DNA of 64,000 bases from an uncultured Prevotella sp. (GTDB lineage: Bacteria; Bacteroidota; Bacteroidia; Bacteroidales; Bacteroidaceae): NCBI GenBank assembly GCA_964587945.1, contig CAZPNC010000006.1, positions 8,792 to 72,791 on the forward strand, written 5' to 3'. Each line of letters begins with the position of its first letter. Within the stretch, counting starts at the first letter, position 1. This document shows, one piece after another, positions 1-12,338 of the stretch. The notes below the pieces were generated by a model that was not told where the DNA came from, made no database searches, and saw only the letters and a list, made by a program, of their open reading frames with translations. A program made the position numbers and the translations under genes.

Positions 1-1
1 G

Positions 2-1999
2 CTGTTCAAGATATACGGTGGCATTGACGTCTTCGATATAGAAGTGGCGGAAAAAGATCCGGAAAAATTCTGCGAAGCCGTGGAGAAGATTGCCCCTACA
101 TTCGGCGGCATCAACCTTGAGGACATAAAAGCACCTGAATGCTTCTACATAGAAGAACGTCTGAAGAAGACTCTCGACATACCTGTCATGCACGATGACC
201 AACACGGTACTGCCATCATATCATCAGCCGGACTGATAAATGCACTGCAGGTGAACGGCAAGAAAATCGAAGAAGTAAAGATAGTTGTCAACGGTGCCGG
301 TGCAGCCGCCATCTCTTGTACGAAACTTTACGTTGCACTCGGCGCAAAACGCGAGAACATTTTCATGCTTGACTCAAAGGGCGTTATCACCTCTGACCGT
401 CCGAACCTGACAGAACAGAAGAAGTTCTTTGCTACAGACCGTCGCGATGTTCACACATTGGAAGAGGCAATGAAGGGCGCTGACGTATTCCTCGGATTAT
501 CAAAGGGAAACGTTGTGACCAAGGATATGATTCGTTCAATGGCTGATCAGCCTATAGTATTTGCCCTTGCCAACCCGGTTCCGGAGATTTCCTATGAAGA
601 TGCCATGGCAAGTCGCCCCGATGTGCTCATGTCAACCGGCCGTTCTGACTATCCGAACCAGATAAATAACGTTATAGGTTTCCCTTACATTTTCCGCGGT
701 GCACTTGATGTTAACGCCAAAGCCATCAACGAAGCGATGAAAGTCGCTGCCGTACATGCTATCGCTGACCTTGCAAAACAACCTATCCCTGATGTTGTAA
801 ACCAGGTATACAAGGTTAACAATCTTACATTCGGCCCGGCTTATTTCATTCCAAAGCCAGTAGACCCACGCCTAATAACGGAGGTTTCAGCCGCCGTTGC
901 CAAAGCAGCAATAGAGAGTGGTGTCGCACGCAGAGAGATAAAGGACTGGGACGAATATAAGCGCACACTACGTCTGCGCATGGGACAGGAGACAAGTGTC
1001 ACACAAAACCTTTACGAAACAGCACGCAAACACCCACAACGCGTAGTGTTTGCAGAGGGATTGCACCCAACAATGATAAAGGCTGCGGTACAGGCCAAGG
1101 AAGAAGGGCTATGTACTCCTATACTGCTCGGTAACGAAGAGATGATAGCCAAGAAGGCACAGGAGCTGGATTTGGATTTAGAAGGTGTGGAGATAGTAAA
1201 TTTACGCCACGACCGTGAAAGGGAAAGACGTGAACGTTATGCTGCTTTCCTTGCCGACAAGCGCTGTCGTGAAGGCTATAACCTTGAAGAAGCCAATGAC
1301 AAGATGTTCGAACGCAACTACTTCGGCATGATGATGGTAGAGACAGGTGACGCTGACGCCTTCATAACTGGTGTTTATACAAAGTTCTCCAACACCATAA
1401 AAGCAGCCAAGGAGATTATCGGCATACGACCGGAATACCAGCACTTCGGTACCATGCACATTCTAAACTCAAAGCGTGGCACATACTATATAGCAGACAC
1501 TCTTGTCAACCAGTCACCTGATAAGGCGGCACTGAAGGACATAGCACGCCTCACAGCTGACACAGTACGATTCTTCAACGATGAGCCTAAGATTGCAATG
1601 ATTTCATACTCCAACTTCGGCGTTGACAAAACCGGTTCTCCACGCCTTATGGCTGAAGTAGTGAAAGAAATGCAGGAGGAATACCCCAACCTGAAGATTG
1701 ATGGAGAAATGAGCGTTGACCTCGCCCTTGACCATGAGCGTCGTGACGAGAAATATCCTTTCCTACGCCTACATAATGAGGTCGTAAACTCAATGATATT
1801 CACAAATCTCTCTGCTGCAAATTCTGCATATAAACTGATACAACAGTTCTCTCCGGAGACAGAGGTTATCGGGCCTATCCAGATGGGACTGAACAAGCCT
1901 ATTCATTTCACTGACTTCGACTCAAGCGTACGGGACATTGTCAACATTACCGCAGTAGCAGTAATAGACGCTTACGTTGAAAAGCTGAAAAAGAAATAA
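2..1999 (+). CDS. maeB: NADP-dependent malic enzyme with C-terminal phosphotransacetylase-like domain (5' end outside window)
   Basis: Motifs GGINLEDIKAPECF, HDDQHGTAI, GAGAA, TGRSDYPNQINN and PTA-like C-terminal half (RVVFAEG, IDGEM, GPIQMGL). Frame is open from base 2 (LFKIYGGIDVFDIEV). Confidence 0.95.
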   Translation: MFKIYGGIDVFDIEVAEKDPEKFCEAVEKIAPTFGGINLEDIKAPECFYIEERLKKTLDIPVMHDDQHGTAIISSAGLINALQVNGKKIEEVKIVVNGAGAAAISCTKLYVALGAKRENIFMLDSKGVITSDRPNLTEQKKFFATDRRDVHTLEEAMKGADVFLGLSKGNVVTKDMIRSMADQPIVFALANPVPEISYEDAMASRPDVLMSTGRSDYPNQINNVIGFPYIFRGALDVNAKAINEAMKVAAVHAIADLAKQPIPDVVNQVYKVNNLTFGPAYFIPKPVDPRLITEVSAAVAKAAIESGVARREIKDWDEYKRTLRLRMGQETSVTQNLYETARKHPQRVVFAEGLHPTMIKAAVQAKEEGLCTPILLGNEEMIAKKAQELDLDLEGVEIVNLRHDRERERRERYAAFLADKRCREGYNLEEANDKMFERNYFGMMMVETGDADAFITGVYTKFSNTIKAAKEIIGIRPEYQHFGTMHILNSKRGTYYIADTLVNQSPDKAALKDIARLTADTVRFFNDEPKIAMISYSNFGVDKTGSPRLMAEVVKEMQEEYPNLKIDGEMSVDLALDHERRDEKYPFLRLHNEVVNSMIFTNLSAANSAYKLIQQFSPETEVIGPIQMGLNKPIHFTDFDSSVRDIVNITAVAVIDAYVEKLKKK

Positions 2000-2035
2000 A
2001 GGCTTCGCTAAATCAGCGAAACATAAGTTGAAAAC

Positions 2036-2109
2036 AAAAACTATGGTTGTATAATGGCTTCTCCATTAACAGGATGTTATAAAGAGTCCATTATATAACC
2101 ATAGTTTTT
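2036..2109 (+). terminator. Long inverted repeat after maeB (terminator or stabilising stem)
   Basis: AAAAACTATGGTTGTATAATGG ... CCATTATATAACCATAGTTTTT followed by T-rich tract. Confidence 0.6.
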
Positions 2110-2145
2110 ATTTTTCAAACCAGAATTTTATTTTCAAAGAACATC

Positions 2146-2718
2146 ATGCTAATACTAAGTTCCAATTCCCCACGTCGCAAAGAACTCCTCGAAGGACTGG
2201 GATTACCATTCAAAGTACTTGTTATCCAAGGAATAGACGAATCATATCCTGACACATTACAAGCATCGGAAATAGCGGAATATATCGCTATAAAAAAGGC
2301 CGCGCCTTATCGGGATAGCGTGAAAGGTACGGACAACATCGTTCTCACGGCTGACACTGTTGTAGTATCCGGTAATGATATCATGGGGAAACCTGCGGAC
2401 GAGCAGGACGCTTACCGTATGCTTCGTGAGCTAAGCGGCAAAACGCATCAGGTTTACACGGGCGTATGCCTTACCACTTCCAACATACAGAAGCACTTTT
2501 CCGTTTGCACGGACGTCACATTCAAGCCTCTGTCGAATGACGAGATATGGCATTACATTCACCAATACAAACCTTTTGACAAGGCCGGTGCATACGGAAT
2601 ACAGGAATGGATAGGCTATATCGGCATCACGGGTATAAATGGTAGCTATTACAATGTTATGGGATTGCCAGTACAACGCATTTATAAAGAGTTGGAAACC
2701 TTAAAAAGCCAGAAATGA
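2146..2718 (+). CDS. maf: Maf-family nucleoside triphosphate pyrophosphatase (YhdE-like)
   Basis: LILSSNSPRRKELL, TADTVV, DKAGAYGIQ, NVMGLP. Confidence 0.93.
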   Translation: MLILSSNSPRRKELLEGLGLPFKVLVIQGIDESYPDTLQASEIAEYIAIKKAAPYRDSVKGTDNIVLTADTVVVSGNDIMGKPADEQDAYRMLRELSGKTHQVYTGVCLTTSNIQKHFSVCTDVTFKPLSNDEIWHYIHQYKPFDKAGAYGIQEWIGYIGITGINGSYYNVMGLPVQRIYKELETLKSQK

Positions 2719-2809
2719 ACTTTTGAAAACCAACGAAGCACAATAACGGAAAAACATTGCCGCTGCTGGTGATAACTTGTCGGGAAAATAGGACTATCAG
2801 GCGGAAACA

Positions 2810-4027
2810 CTACTTCACCTCATACAGTTCTATGCCTTTTCTCTTACCCATATTACGGCTATACTGGCGTTCTACAGCATTATTCCAATGTTCAAAGACA
2901 CCAAGGCTACCTGTCTTAATGCCATTTGGACGATAATCACCAAGCCTGGCATTAGTACCTTTTGCCGCCTCTTTCAGATAATTATCGCAGTTACGGCTTG
3001 CTCCTTTCTTGAATTGCCTGGCACCACTGAAACCAAGTTCATTGCCGAACTCTGCAAAAAGGAAGTCAAGACATACCGATTCTATTGCCACAGGGTCAAG
3101 TGACATGAAATAACTGGAACTCCATTCGTCTCCAAACATTTTCCATTTATCACGATTCTGGCGCGGTGCACCAACATTAGTCTGCATACCATACAGACCA
3201 TCTACTATATACAGAAGCGTCTTTTTACCCAGATTAGGGCATCCCATGAGGTCCACATACGCACTATATTCACAAAGCGTAACCCCTGTTATCTCATGTC
3301 CTTTCAGCAAGGCAACATTTATGAGATAATCAGCCTCCACGACGGCTTTAGGTAATACTGTACCAAGAGTCACGGTGCTATCTGTATATGATATTGCATC
3401 CCTCACCCAATGTGCAGAGTCTACTCCCTCAGACCCCATGGCACTCATCCATCTCACTTTCGGAAACAATTTATGCACAGGATTATAAATTCTGTCAGGC
3501 ATAGCTCTTCTTTTCCACCCGATTGTAGCATCGTAGACTGTTATACACTCCTGTGACACTCCTGCATATCGGGTCAATTGCTTAAGCAAGGCAATTGTTG
3601 CCTGTGGTGATTGGTCTATATCATTATCCGTATCATTGGTCTTATAGGTATTGTTGAGATTTATTTTTATAGCTATTTTCTCACCTACCTTATACCCTCT
3701 GTTACCACGGTTGTTGTTCTTGTTGTAATACGAAAATACCTTTTTCCATGCTTTCACAGGTGTATCTGCCCCTACCAAAGCACAAACAGACTTGTCATAC
3801 ATACCGTCCAGCCTGTCCGGGTCAATATTTCCATCATCCCACCAGTGCCCGGTAGTACCGTCCCAACGTGCCACGGCGGCATCTCTCACCCATGTAACTC
3901 TACCCGGATACACTCCTTTCGCTATACCGACAGGTTGGTTCTCCACGAAATGCACTTCCTGCGCTGTTGCTGATATGGAGAGAAGGAGTAGATATCCCAT
4001 CAGCATTTTCTCTAAATGTCTATTCAT
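2810..4027 (-). CDS. Secreted DUF362-family protein, apparently with an internal in-frame deletion
   Basis: Signal peptide; GEKIAIKINLN, ADYLINVALLKGH...GVTLC, IVDGLYG, SLDPVAIESV. The KN.FG motif expected after GVTLC is absent. Confidence 0.7.
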   Translation of the reverse strand: MNRHLEKMLMGYLLLLSISATAQEVHFVENQPVGIAKGVYPGRVTWVRDAAVARWDGTTGHWWDDGNIDPDRLDGMYDKSVCALVGADTPVKAWKKVFSYYNKNNNRGNRGYKVGEKIAIKINLNNTYKTNDTDNDIDQSPQATIALLKQLTRYAGVSQECITVYDATIGWKRRAMPDRIYNPVHKLFPKVRWMSAMGSEGVDSAHWVRDAISYTDSTVTLGTVLPKAVVEADYLINVALLKGHEITGVTLCEYSAYVDLMGCPNLGKKTLLYIVDGLYGMQTNVGAPRQNRDKWKMFGDEWSSSYFMSLDPVAIESVCLDFLFAEFGNELGFSGARQFKKGASRNCDNYLKEAAKGTNARLGDYRPNGIKTGSLGVFEHWNNAVERQYSRNMGKRKGIELYEVK

Positions 4028-4148
4028 CTGATATAAAAAAGATTTCCCACGTCGTCATGCTTTTGCCACCCCATACAGTCAATGCAGTTACATGCACCGT
4101 CATGGATAACAGGACCAAGAACAACGTGGGAAAACATTTCACAACGAA

Positions 4149-5864
4149 TTACTTATCAATACGGAACCAATCCACATCAACCCATCCGCGAACTTTCTTG
4201 CCGGCAGGTTCTGCAGCACAGATACCTATCTTTGCACCAATCCACTTTCCCTGTCTCATGGTAAAAGATTCACCACATGAAGTGAACTTTTTACCATCCT
4301 TTGAATATGCGAACGTCACACGAGCCTCGTGCTTATTTTCGCCACCATTGGTTTTTCCGCCGACATATTCCACCTTCAACCGCATATATAACTGGCAGTG
4401 AATGGATGGTTGGTATGGATTAACATCAACTGATGTAGGCTGTAATGTGGCAAGCACCTTTATGTCCTCAGGCTTGTCTTTGTCCGCCTGCTTACACGTA
4501 ATCTGCTGAAGTTCGAACTTGTCACCTACACGACGCAGCACAATGGAAGAATAATCCATTCCCATAACAATAATACCGCCATACTGTTGTGCTTCCTTTG
4601 CAGTCATAGTCAGTTTGGCTGTTGCCGTAAAATTGTCCGCCGGAGTTTTCTGTAACAACAAGTTGCCAGCCTCCCAGAGGTTTTTGAAGCCCTCACTCTG
4701 GCGATGACAGAACACCCGATAGAACCCATAAGGTGTCGGCATACCAAAGGTCTGGTCGTAATTGGCATGCCATTGCCACTGTTTTCCAAGCACAGGCGAA
4801 TTGAACTCATCACTTTCAACAGGGTTGTTAATAGGATATGTCTTGCCAACATTCGGTTTCTTATATTTCATTACCGGCTGTCCACTATATTTTTCCATCT
4901 TTCCGTAGACCTTCACACCTTGCTTTTCACCCATTACCGGCCAATTGTCCTTCCACGTTACAGGTTCAAGCCACACAACACGACCATACGCCTCTTTATC
5001 CTGGAAGTGCATAAACCAGTCTTCTCCAGACTGAAGATGAATCCAACCACCCTGATGAGGGCCGTTGACATCAGTCGTTCCACGTGCCAGCACAGTCTTG
5101 CTCTCATAAGGGCCATAAGGCGATTTGGAACGCATTGCAAGCTGATGTCCGACAGGCACACCGCCTGCAGGGCACATGATCCAGTACCATCCGTCACGTT
5201 TGTAGAATTTAGGACCTTCTGCCGTACGGTCATTAGAGCCGTTTCCATCAAAGACTATGACCGGATCACCAATAGCTTTCATTCCATCGGCGGACATTTC
5301 GCGTACTGTAAGGACAGAGTTGAACTGACAGCGTGAGTTTGCCCAACCGTTTACAAGATAGCACTTGCCATCCTCATCCCATAGAGGCGTAGTATCAATC
5401 ATACCTTTTCCAGATATGACACATTTGGGTTCCGTCCAGTCTCCTGCCGGATTTTTGGCCGTAACGACAAATACGCCGAGATCAGGGTCGCCCCAATATA
5501 TATAATATGTGGCATTATACTTATTGTAACGTATAGAAGGTGCCCACACGCCATTACCATGTTGCACCACAGCATAACGGTCTTCAGGAAGCAATTTCTT
5601 TATAGCATGTCCTACTATCTCCCAGTTTACCAAGTCTTTGGAATGGAGCACAGGCAGGCCTGGGATGCAATTAAAAGACGAAGCCGTCAGATAAAAGTCC
5701 TCACCGCTTGCCCCCACACATACGTCTGGGTCAGAATAGTCTGCATTAATGACCGGATTAGTGAATGTACCGTCGCCATTATCCGGACACCAGACCTTTG
5801 ATTTGTACTGCGCAGATAGCGCAAGCGGCATTACAAACAATAATGCCAAAATAGTTTTCTTCAT
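4149..5864 (-). CDS. GH43 beta-xylosidase/arabinofuranosidase with C-terminal beta-sandwich
   Basis: Signal peptide; NPVINADYSDPDV, HSKDLVNW, WAPS, AEGPKFYKRDGWY, GPHQGG. Confidence 0.9.
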   Translation of the reverse strand: MKKTILALLFVMPLALSAQYKSKVWCPDNGDGTFTNPVINADYSDPDVCVGASGEDFYLTASSFNCIPGLPVLHSKDLVNWEIVGHAIKKLLPEDRYAVVQHGNGVWAPSIRYNKYNATYYIYWGDPDLGVFVVTAKNPAGDWTEPKCVISGKGMIDTTPLWDEDGKCYLVNGWANSRCQFNSVLTVREMSADGMKAIGDPVIVFDGNGSNDRTAEGPKFYKRDGWYWIMCPAGGVPVGHQLAMRSKSPYGPYESKTVLARGTTDVNGPHQGGWIHLQSGEDWFMHFQDKEAYGRVVWLEPVTWKDNWPVMGEKQGVKVYGKMEKYSGQPVMKYKKPNVGKTYPINNPVESDEFNSPVLGKQWQWHANYDQTFGMPTPYGFYRVFCHRQSEGFKNLWEAGNLLLQKTPADNFTATAKLTMTAKEAQQYGGIIVMGMDYSSIVLRRVGDKFELQQITCKQADKDKPEDIKVLATLQPTSVDVNPYQPSIHCQLYMRLKVEYVGGKTNGGENKHEARVTFAYSKDGKKFTSCGESFTMRQGKWIGAKIGICAAEPAGKKVRGWVDVDWFRIDK

Positions 5865-5966
5865 AAGTTATGGATTTGTAGTTTAGTATTTAGTTCTTCT
5901 ATTACGGATTGGACATTATACAGTCCCAAATAAGCGGAGAGCCAAACGCATATATCAGCCGGCACT

Positions 5967-7052
5967 CTAAACCCCTCCGCCCAACTTTACTTTATATGAT
6001 TTGTTCTCAAATACGATGTCCATCGTCCCTTTATGTCCACGGTTTGACAATGCAAGGGCTGCATGCCCCATAGTACAACGGAAATTTATCTCTATACACG
6101 GGTTTAGCAAGAATGCTGGTTCTTGACCACTATTGCATTCTGCATTGCCTGAAACTATCATCATGTCAACACCAAGTGGCCCTGTATATACGCCCCTGAT
6201 ACGGTCTGAAAGGAACCGTTCTATTTCCACAACCACCCTGTCAAGCACCTCCAATGGCAAATAACGCCGGATAAAAGCGCGCTTGTCCTTTTCGGCATCC
6301 AGCATATTCCCCGTATAGGCTCCGTTGACAGTATTGAAGAGAGACAGTCCTACCGCTTTCACACTACCATCTGTTCCCGCCCAAAACTCAACGGCAAAAT
6401 CCATCACCTTGGAACATTTCACCTCAGCCACTACACTTTTCTGATGTTTTATTGTATTGGAAACCCATTGTTGCAAATTTACATTGAAGGTATCGCGGGT
6501 AATATACCGCACCCCTCTTCCACTGCAACTCCATGGTGCCTTGACCACTATATCCTTGTATTCATCAAGAAAGCGCATAACGTCTTCGCTGTTATGACAG
6601 ATACGGGCAAAGCCTGTAACACGGTCGAAACATTCCAAACGAGCAAGCAACGCCACCGCCAGACAACGGTTTGAAAGGGCACGTATTGTATCAAGTGCAT
6701 TTTGTGTTGGCATCAACGCTTCCGAAACGCCCGCATTAAGCAGTGCCTGACGGACGGTCATGTCCCATCCCCACGGTCTGATTGTAAAAGGAAATTCATG
6801 AGGAAACATGCACTTTATATCTTCAAGAGTATCAAAAACCACCTCTGAACGATGCCGTAGTTTCAGTTTTCTGTAAGCATTCTGTGCTGCAACAATGTCG
6901 TCCACTATTACAACGTCACCGTCCTCTGCCCACAATGCCGGCAAGAAAGACAATTCCGAACGTAACTGCCGTGCAGCATGTGGCGGAGTGAAGTTAGTGA
7001 TATTGGCCGCCAAAGCGAGATCATGTTCCGGATTAAATATATGAAGTGTCAA
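5967..7052 (-). CDS. Conserved Bacteroidales hypothetical protein with ATP-grasp-like motifs
   Basis: VVKAPWSCSGRG, GPLGVDMM, CIEINFRCTMG; TTG start. Confidence 0.65.
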   Translation of the reverse strand: MTLHIFNPEHDLALAANITNFTPPHAARQLRSELSFLPALWAEDGDVVIVDDIVAAQNAYRKLKLRHRSEVVFDTLEDIKCMFPHEFPFTIRPWGWDMTVRQALLNAGVSEALMPTQNALDTIRALSNRCLAVALLARLECFDRVTGFARICHNSEDVMRFLDEYKDIVVKAPWSCSGRGVRYITRDTFNVNLQQWVSNTIKHQKSVVAEVKCSKVMDFAVEFWAGTDGSVKAVGLSLFNTVNGAYTGNMLDAEKDKRAFIRRYLPLEVLDRVVVEIERFLSDRIRGVYTGPLGVDMMIVSGNAECNSGQEPAFLLNPCIEINFRCTMGHAALALSNRGHKGTMDIVFENKSYKVKLGGGV

Positions 7053-7073
7053 ATTTTATTGTCTATTTACAAG

Positions 7074-7901
7074 TTATTCCTTTTTCCAATGCTTCAGTGC
7101 CGCACCAATGGCCGTGCAGAATTCCGAATGCTTTGGAATGATAAAACGGACATTATAAAGTGGTTCGAGAGAGTCAAACACCCACTTGGTCTGAGGAATT
7201 TTGGTAAGATTACCAATCATTACAAATTCCCTGAAACCATTAGACTTACTTGCCAGCACAGTAGCAGAGCCAATGGTCTGTACCACGGTCCATATAAGTC
7301 CGAGGGCAATGTCCTCCGGTGACGCAAGGTTGTTGACATTGCCGAAAAGCGATGCAGTCGCATCCATTGGCAATCCGGGGAGAGGACGGGCACTAATGTC
7401 GCCTATATTAAGGTTGATATTGGCAAGGTTACCCTTGGCAGCCATTTCCGCTATCTGCGCCACATTGTTTGTTCCGAGCAGCAGTTGTGACATACCTATA
7501 AGGGTACCGCCACCAATGCCAAGACCGCCAAGGTGCTTGACCTCTGTGCCGCGCACCTCTATCAGCGTAGTACCTGTACCCATTGACACGACAATCATGT
7601 CACTAAGGTCGCTTCCATACTGCGCTCCAAGGGCATCAGCCTCAAACTCTCCAACCCTGTCTGTGGGCAATCCATAGATACACTTGTCCACATATTCCGC
7701 ACCAACTCCTGTCAGCATCACCCTTTCAATGTCGGAAAGACTGATATTATTGTCGTAAAGATATTTACCGAAAGCACCATACAGCGATGTCACCGGATCC
7801 ATAGCCTTGATGCTTGTAGGAGATATCACCTCGCCGGCGCACACACCTACTATCTTCGTTGTACTCATACCGACATCTATACCTATTATTCTTTTGCCCA
7901 T
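7074..7901 (-). CDS. coaW: Type II (Fumble-like) pantothenate kinase
   Basis: IGIDVGMSTTK, LTGVGA, GEFEA..G, VSMGTGT, GGLGIGGGTLIG, TASLFG, AIGA. Confidence 0.8.
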   Translation of the reverse strand: MGKRIIGIDVGMSTTKIVGVCAGEVISPTSIKAMDPVTSLYGAFGKYLYDNNISLSDIERVMLTGVGAEYVDKCIYGLPTDRVGEFEADALGAQYGSDLSDMIVVSMGTGTTLIEVRGTEVKHLGGLGIGGGTLIGMSQLLLGTNNVAQIAEMAAKGNLANINLNIGDISARPLPGLPMDATASLFGNVNNLASPEDIALGLIWTVVQTIGSATVLASKSNGFREFVMIGNLTKIPQTKWVFDSLEPLYNVRFIIPKHSEFCTAIGAALKHWKKE

Positions 7902-7904
7902 ATA

Positions 7905-9920
<2,016 letters not shown>

Positions 9921-9952
9921 TCAAGACTTATTTGACTGTTGGTTAGTGTTTG

Positions 9953-10033
9953 CAAAGTTACGCAAATTTTACGAGATAAATATCACTTAACGGCCATTTT
10001 TCTTCTCAAATAGGAAAAAATGCATTACCTTTG
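9953..10033. promoter_or_regulatory. Divergent Bacteroidetes sigma70 -7 boxes for ligA (-) and trmD (+)
   Basis: TAACTTTG on - strand at 9953-9960; TACCTTTG on + strand at 10026-10033 (consensus TAnnTTTG). Confidence 0.7.
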
Positions 10034-10060
10034 CACCATCAATAACTCGAAATTACACCT

Positions 10061-10744
10061 ATGCGCATAGACATCATAACAGTTCTGCCGGAGATGCTGG
10101 AAGGTTTCTTCAATGAATCAATACTTGCACGAGCCCAAAAGAAAGGACTTGCGGAGATTCATCTTCATAATCTACGTGACTACACACTTGACAAATGGAA
10201 GCGTGTGGACGATTACCCATACGGCGGTTTTGCCGGTATGGTGATGCAGTGCGAACCCATTGACCGCTGCATTTCCGCCTTAAAGGCCGAGCGCGAATAT
10301 GATGAAGTGATATACACATCACCCGATGGTGACAAGTTTGACCAACACATAGCGAACGACCTTTCCATGAAAGGCAACATCATAATACTATGCGGACACT
10401 ACAAAGGCATTGACCAACGTGTACGCGACCACCTCATCACACGCGAGATAAGCATAGGTGACTTCGTTCTCACAGGCGGAGAACTGGCTGCTGCCGTTAT
10501 GGCTGATGCCATAGTACGTATCATTCCGGGAGTGATAGGCGATGAACAGAGTGCCCTTTCCGATTGTTTCCAGGACGATTTGCTCTCAGCACCAATCTAC
10601 ACCCGCCCTGCCGACTACAAAGGGTGGCGCGTTCCTGACATTCTACTCTCTGGACATGAGGCTAAAATAAAGGAATGGGAAATGGAACAGGCCTTGGAAC
10701 GTACAAAAAACATAAGACCGGATTTGCTGGACAAGAACAAATAA
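10061..10744 (+). CDS. trmD: tRNA (guanine37-N1)-methyltransferase
   Basis: [48 protein letters not shown]. Confidence 0.98.
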   Translation: MRIDIITVLPEMLEGFFNESILARAQKKGLAEIHLHNLRDYTLDKWKRVDDYPYGGFAGMVMQCEPIDRCISALKAEREYDEVIYTSPDGDKFDQHIANDLSMKGNIIILCGHYKGIDQRVRDHLITREISIGDFVLTGGELAAAVMADAIVRIIPGVIGDEQSALSDCFQDDLLSAPIYTRPADYKGWRVPDILLSGHEAKIKEWEMEQALERTKNIRPDLLDKNK

Positions 10745-10781
10745 AGAAAAGCAACAAGAAACATCCATAATCCATAAAAAC

Positions 10782-10845
10782 AAAAGACAAAAGAGAACTT
10801 AAACAGGCAAATGCAAATACCAGTTTAAGTTCTCTTTTGTCTTTT
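10782..10845. terminator. Bidirectional intrinsic terminator between convergent trmD and pgk
   Basis: 23-bp perfect arms AAAAGACAAAAGAGAACTTAAAC / GTTTAAGTTCTCTTTTGTCTTTT. Confidence 0.85.
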
Positions 10846-10865
10846 TATATTGTCGTGTCGCGACT

Positions 10866-12113
10866 TTACTCGCCCTTGACTGCTGCTACACCAGGAAGGA
10901 CCTTGCCTTCAATAGCTTCAAGCAATGCACCACCACCAGTTGAGATATAAGAAACCTTGTCTGCAAGACCGAACTTGTTCACGCAGGCTACAGAATCACC
11001 ACCTCCGATAAGAGAGAAAGCGCCTTCTCCTGTTGCCTCTGCAATGGCATTGCCGATTGCACGTGAACCTGCACAGAAGTTATCAAACTCAAATACGCCT
11101 GCAGGACCATTCCAAAGGATTGTCTTGCATCCCTTGATTGCATCAGCAAACTTCTGCTGTGCCACCGGACCGGCATCAAGACCTTCCCAACCTTCAGGAA
11201 TATCATTGGATGGAGCGATCTTCTGATTAGCATCATTAGAGAAAGCATCAGCGATAATCGCATCAGGAGCCATGACAAGTTCCACGCCATTCTTCTTAGC
11301 AAGTTTCTCTACTCCGAGTGCTATATCAAGTTTGTCGTTCTCACATATTGAACCACCTACATTACCACCGTGTGCCTTGGCAAAAGTATATGTCATGCCA
11401 CCGCAGAGGATAATCTTATCAACCTTGCCGAGAAGGTTCTCGATGATACCAATCTTTGATGATACCTTTGAGCCACCCATGATGGCAATGAAAGGACGCT
11501 TGATGTCACTAAGGATATTATCAACAGCCTTTACCTCTTTCTCCATAAGGAGACCGAGCATCTTGTTGTCTGCATCGAAGTAGTCAGCGATAACGGCTGT
11601 AGAAGCATGCTTGCGGTGTGCTGTGCCAAAGGCATCCATAACCCAGCAGTCAGCGTATGAAGCGAGCTTCTTGGCAAATTCCTTCTGTGATGCCTTCATA
11701 GCCTTCTTTGCCTCGTCATACTCAGGAGTACCCTTCTCTACGCCTACCGGTTTGCCTTCTTCCTCTGGATAATAACGGAGGTTCTCAAGCAATATCACCT
11801 CACCCGGCTTTAGGGCTGCAGCCTCTGCGTCAGCCTTTTGGCAGTCAGAAACGAACTTCACCGGTGTACCGAGAGCCGCAGAAACGGCATCAACTATCTG
11901 TCCGAGAGAGAGTTCAGGCTTCACCTTGCCTTTTGGCTTGCCCATATGTGACATGATGATAAGCGAGCCACCCTTTTCAAGAATCAGCTTAAGTGTAGGG
12001 AGCGCACCCTTGATACGTGTGTCGTCTGTAATCTTTCCATCCTGAAGAGGGACGTTGAAGTCCACACGAACGATGGCCTTCTTGCCTGCAAAATTGTAAT
12101 CGTTGATTTTCAT
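10866..12113 (-). CDS. pgk: Phosphoglycerate kinase
   Basis: [50 protein letters not shown]. Confidence 0.98.
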   Translation of the reverse strand: MKINDYNFAGKKAIVRVDFNVPLQDGKITDDTRIKGALPTLKLILEKGGSLIIMSHMGKPKGKVKPELSLGQIVDAVSAALGTPVKFVSDCQKADAEAAALKPGEVILLENLRYYPEEEGKPVGVEKGTPEYDEAKKAMKASQKEFAKKLASYADCWVMDAFGTAHRKHASTAVIADYFDADNKMLGLLMEKEVKAVDNILSDIKRPFIAIMGGSKVSSKIGIIENLLGKVDKIILCGGMTYTFAKAHGGNVGGSICENDKLDIALGVEKLAKKNGVELVMAPDAIIADAFSNDANQKIAPSNDIPEGWEGLDAGPVAQQKFADAIKGCKTILWNGPAGVFEFDNFCAGSRAIGNAIAEATGEGAFSLIGGGDSVACVNKFGLADKVSYISTGGGALLEAIEGKVLPGVAAVKGE

Positions 12114-12170
12114 TGCAATATTTTTATAATATAAGTTATATGTTACCTATTATACTAACATGTCTGTTTG

Positions 12171-12314
12171 CAAAGTTACGAAGTTTTTTCCGAAATAAGG
12201 TAAACATAAAAGCAAATTCTTCATTTTTACGTTATTTTTATGTCTTTATGCAAAGTAGAGTTTGCATTTTTATCATGAAAAAGTTGGCAGGACAATGCTT
12301 TTTTTGTAATTTTG
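12171..12314. promoter_or_regulatory. Divergent -7 boxes for pgk (-) and the kdsC operon (+)
   Basis: TAACTTTG (-) at 12171-12178; TAATTTTG (+) at 12307-12314. Confidence 0.65.
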
Positions 12315-12338
12315 CAACGTTTTAAGAAAGCCTCTCAT

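Noticed and set aside
2036-2109. Inverted repeats as an invertible promoter switch
   Set aside because: No TAnnTTTG between the arms and no recombinase nearby; the position and T tract fit a terminator-like stem.
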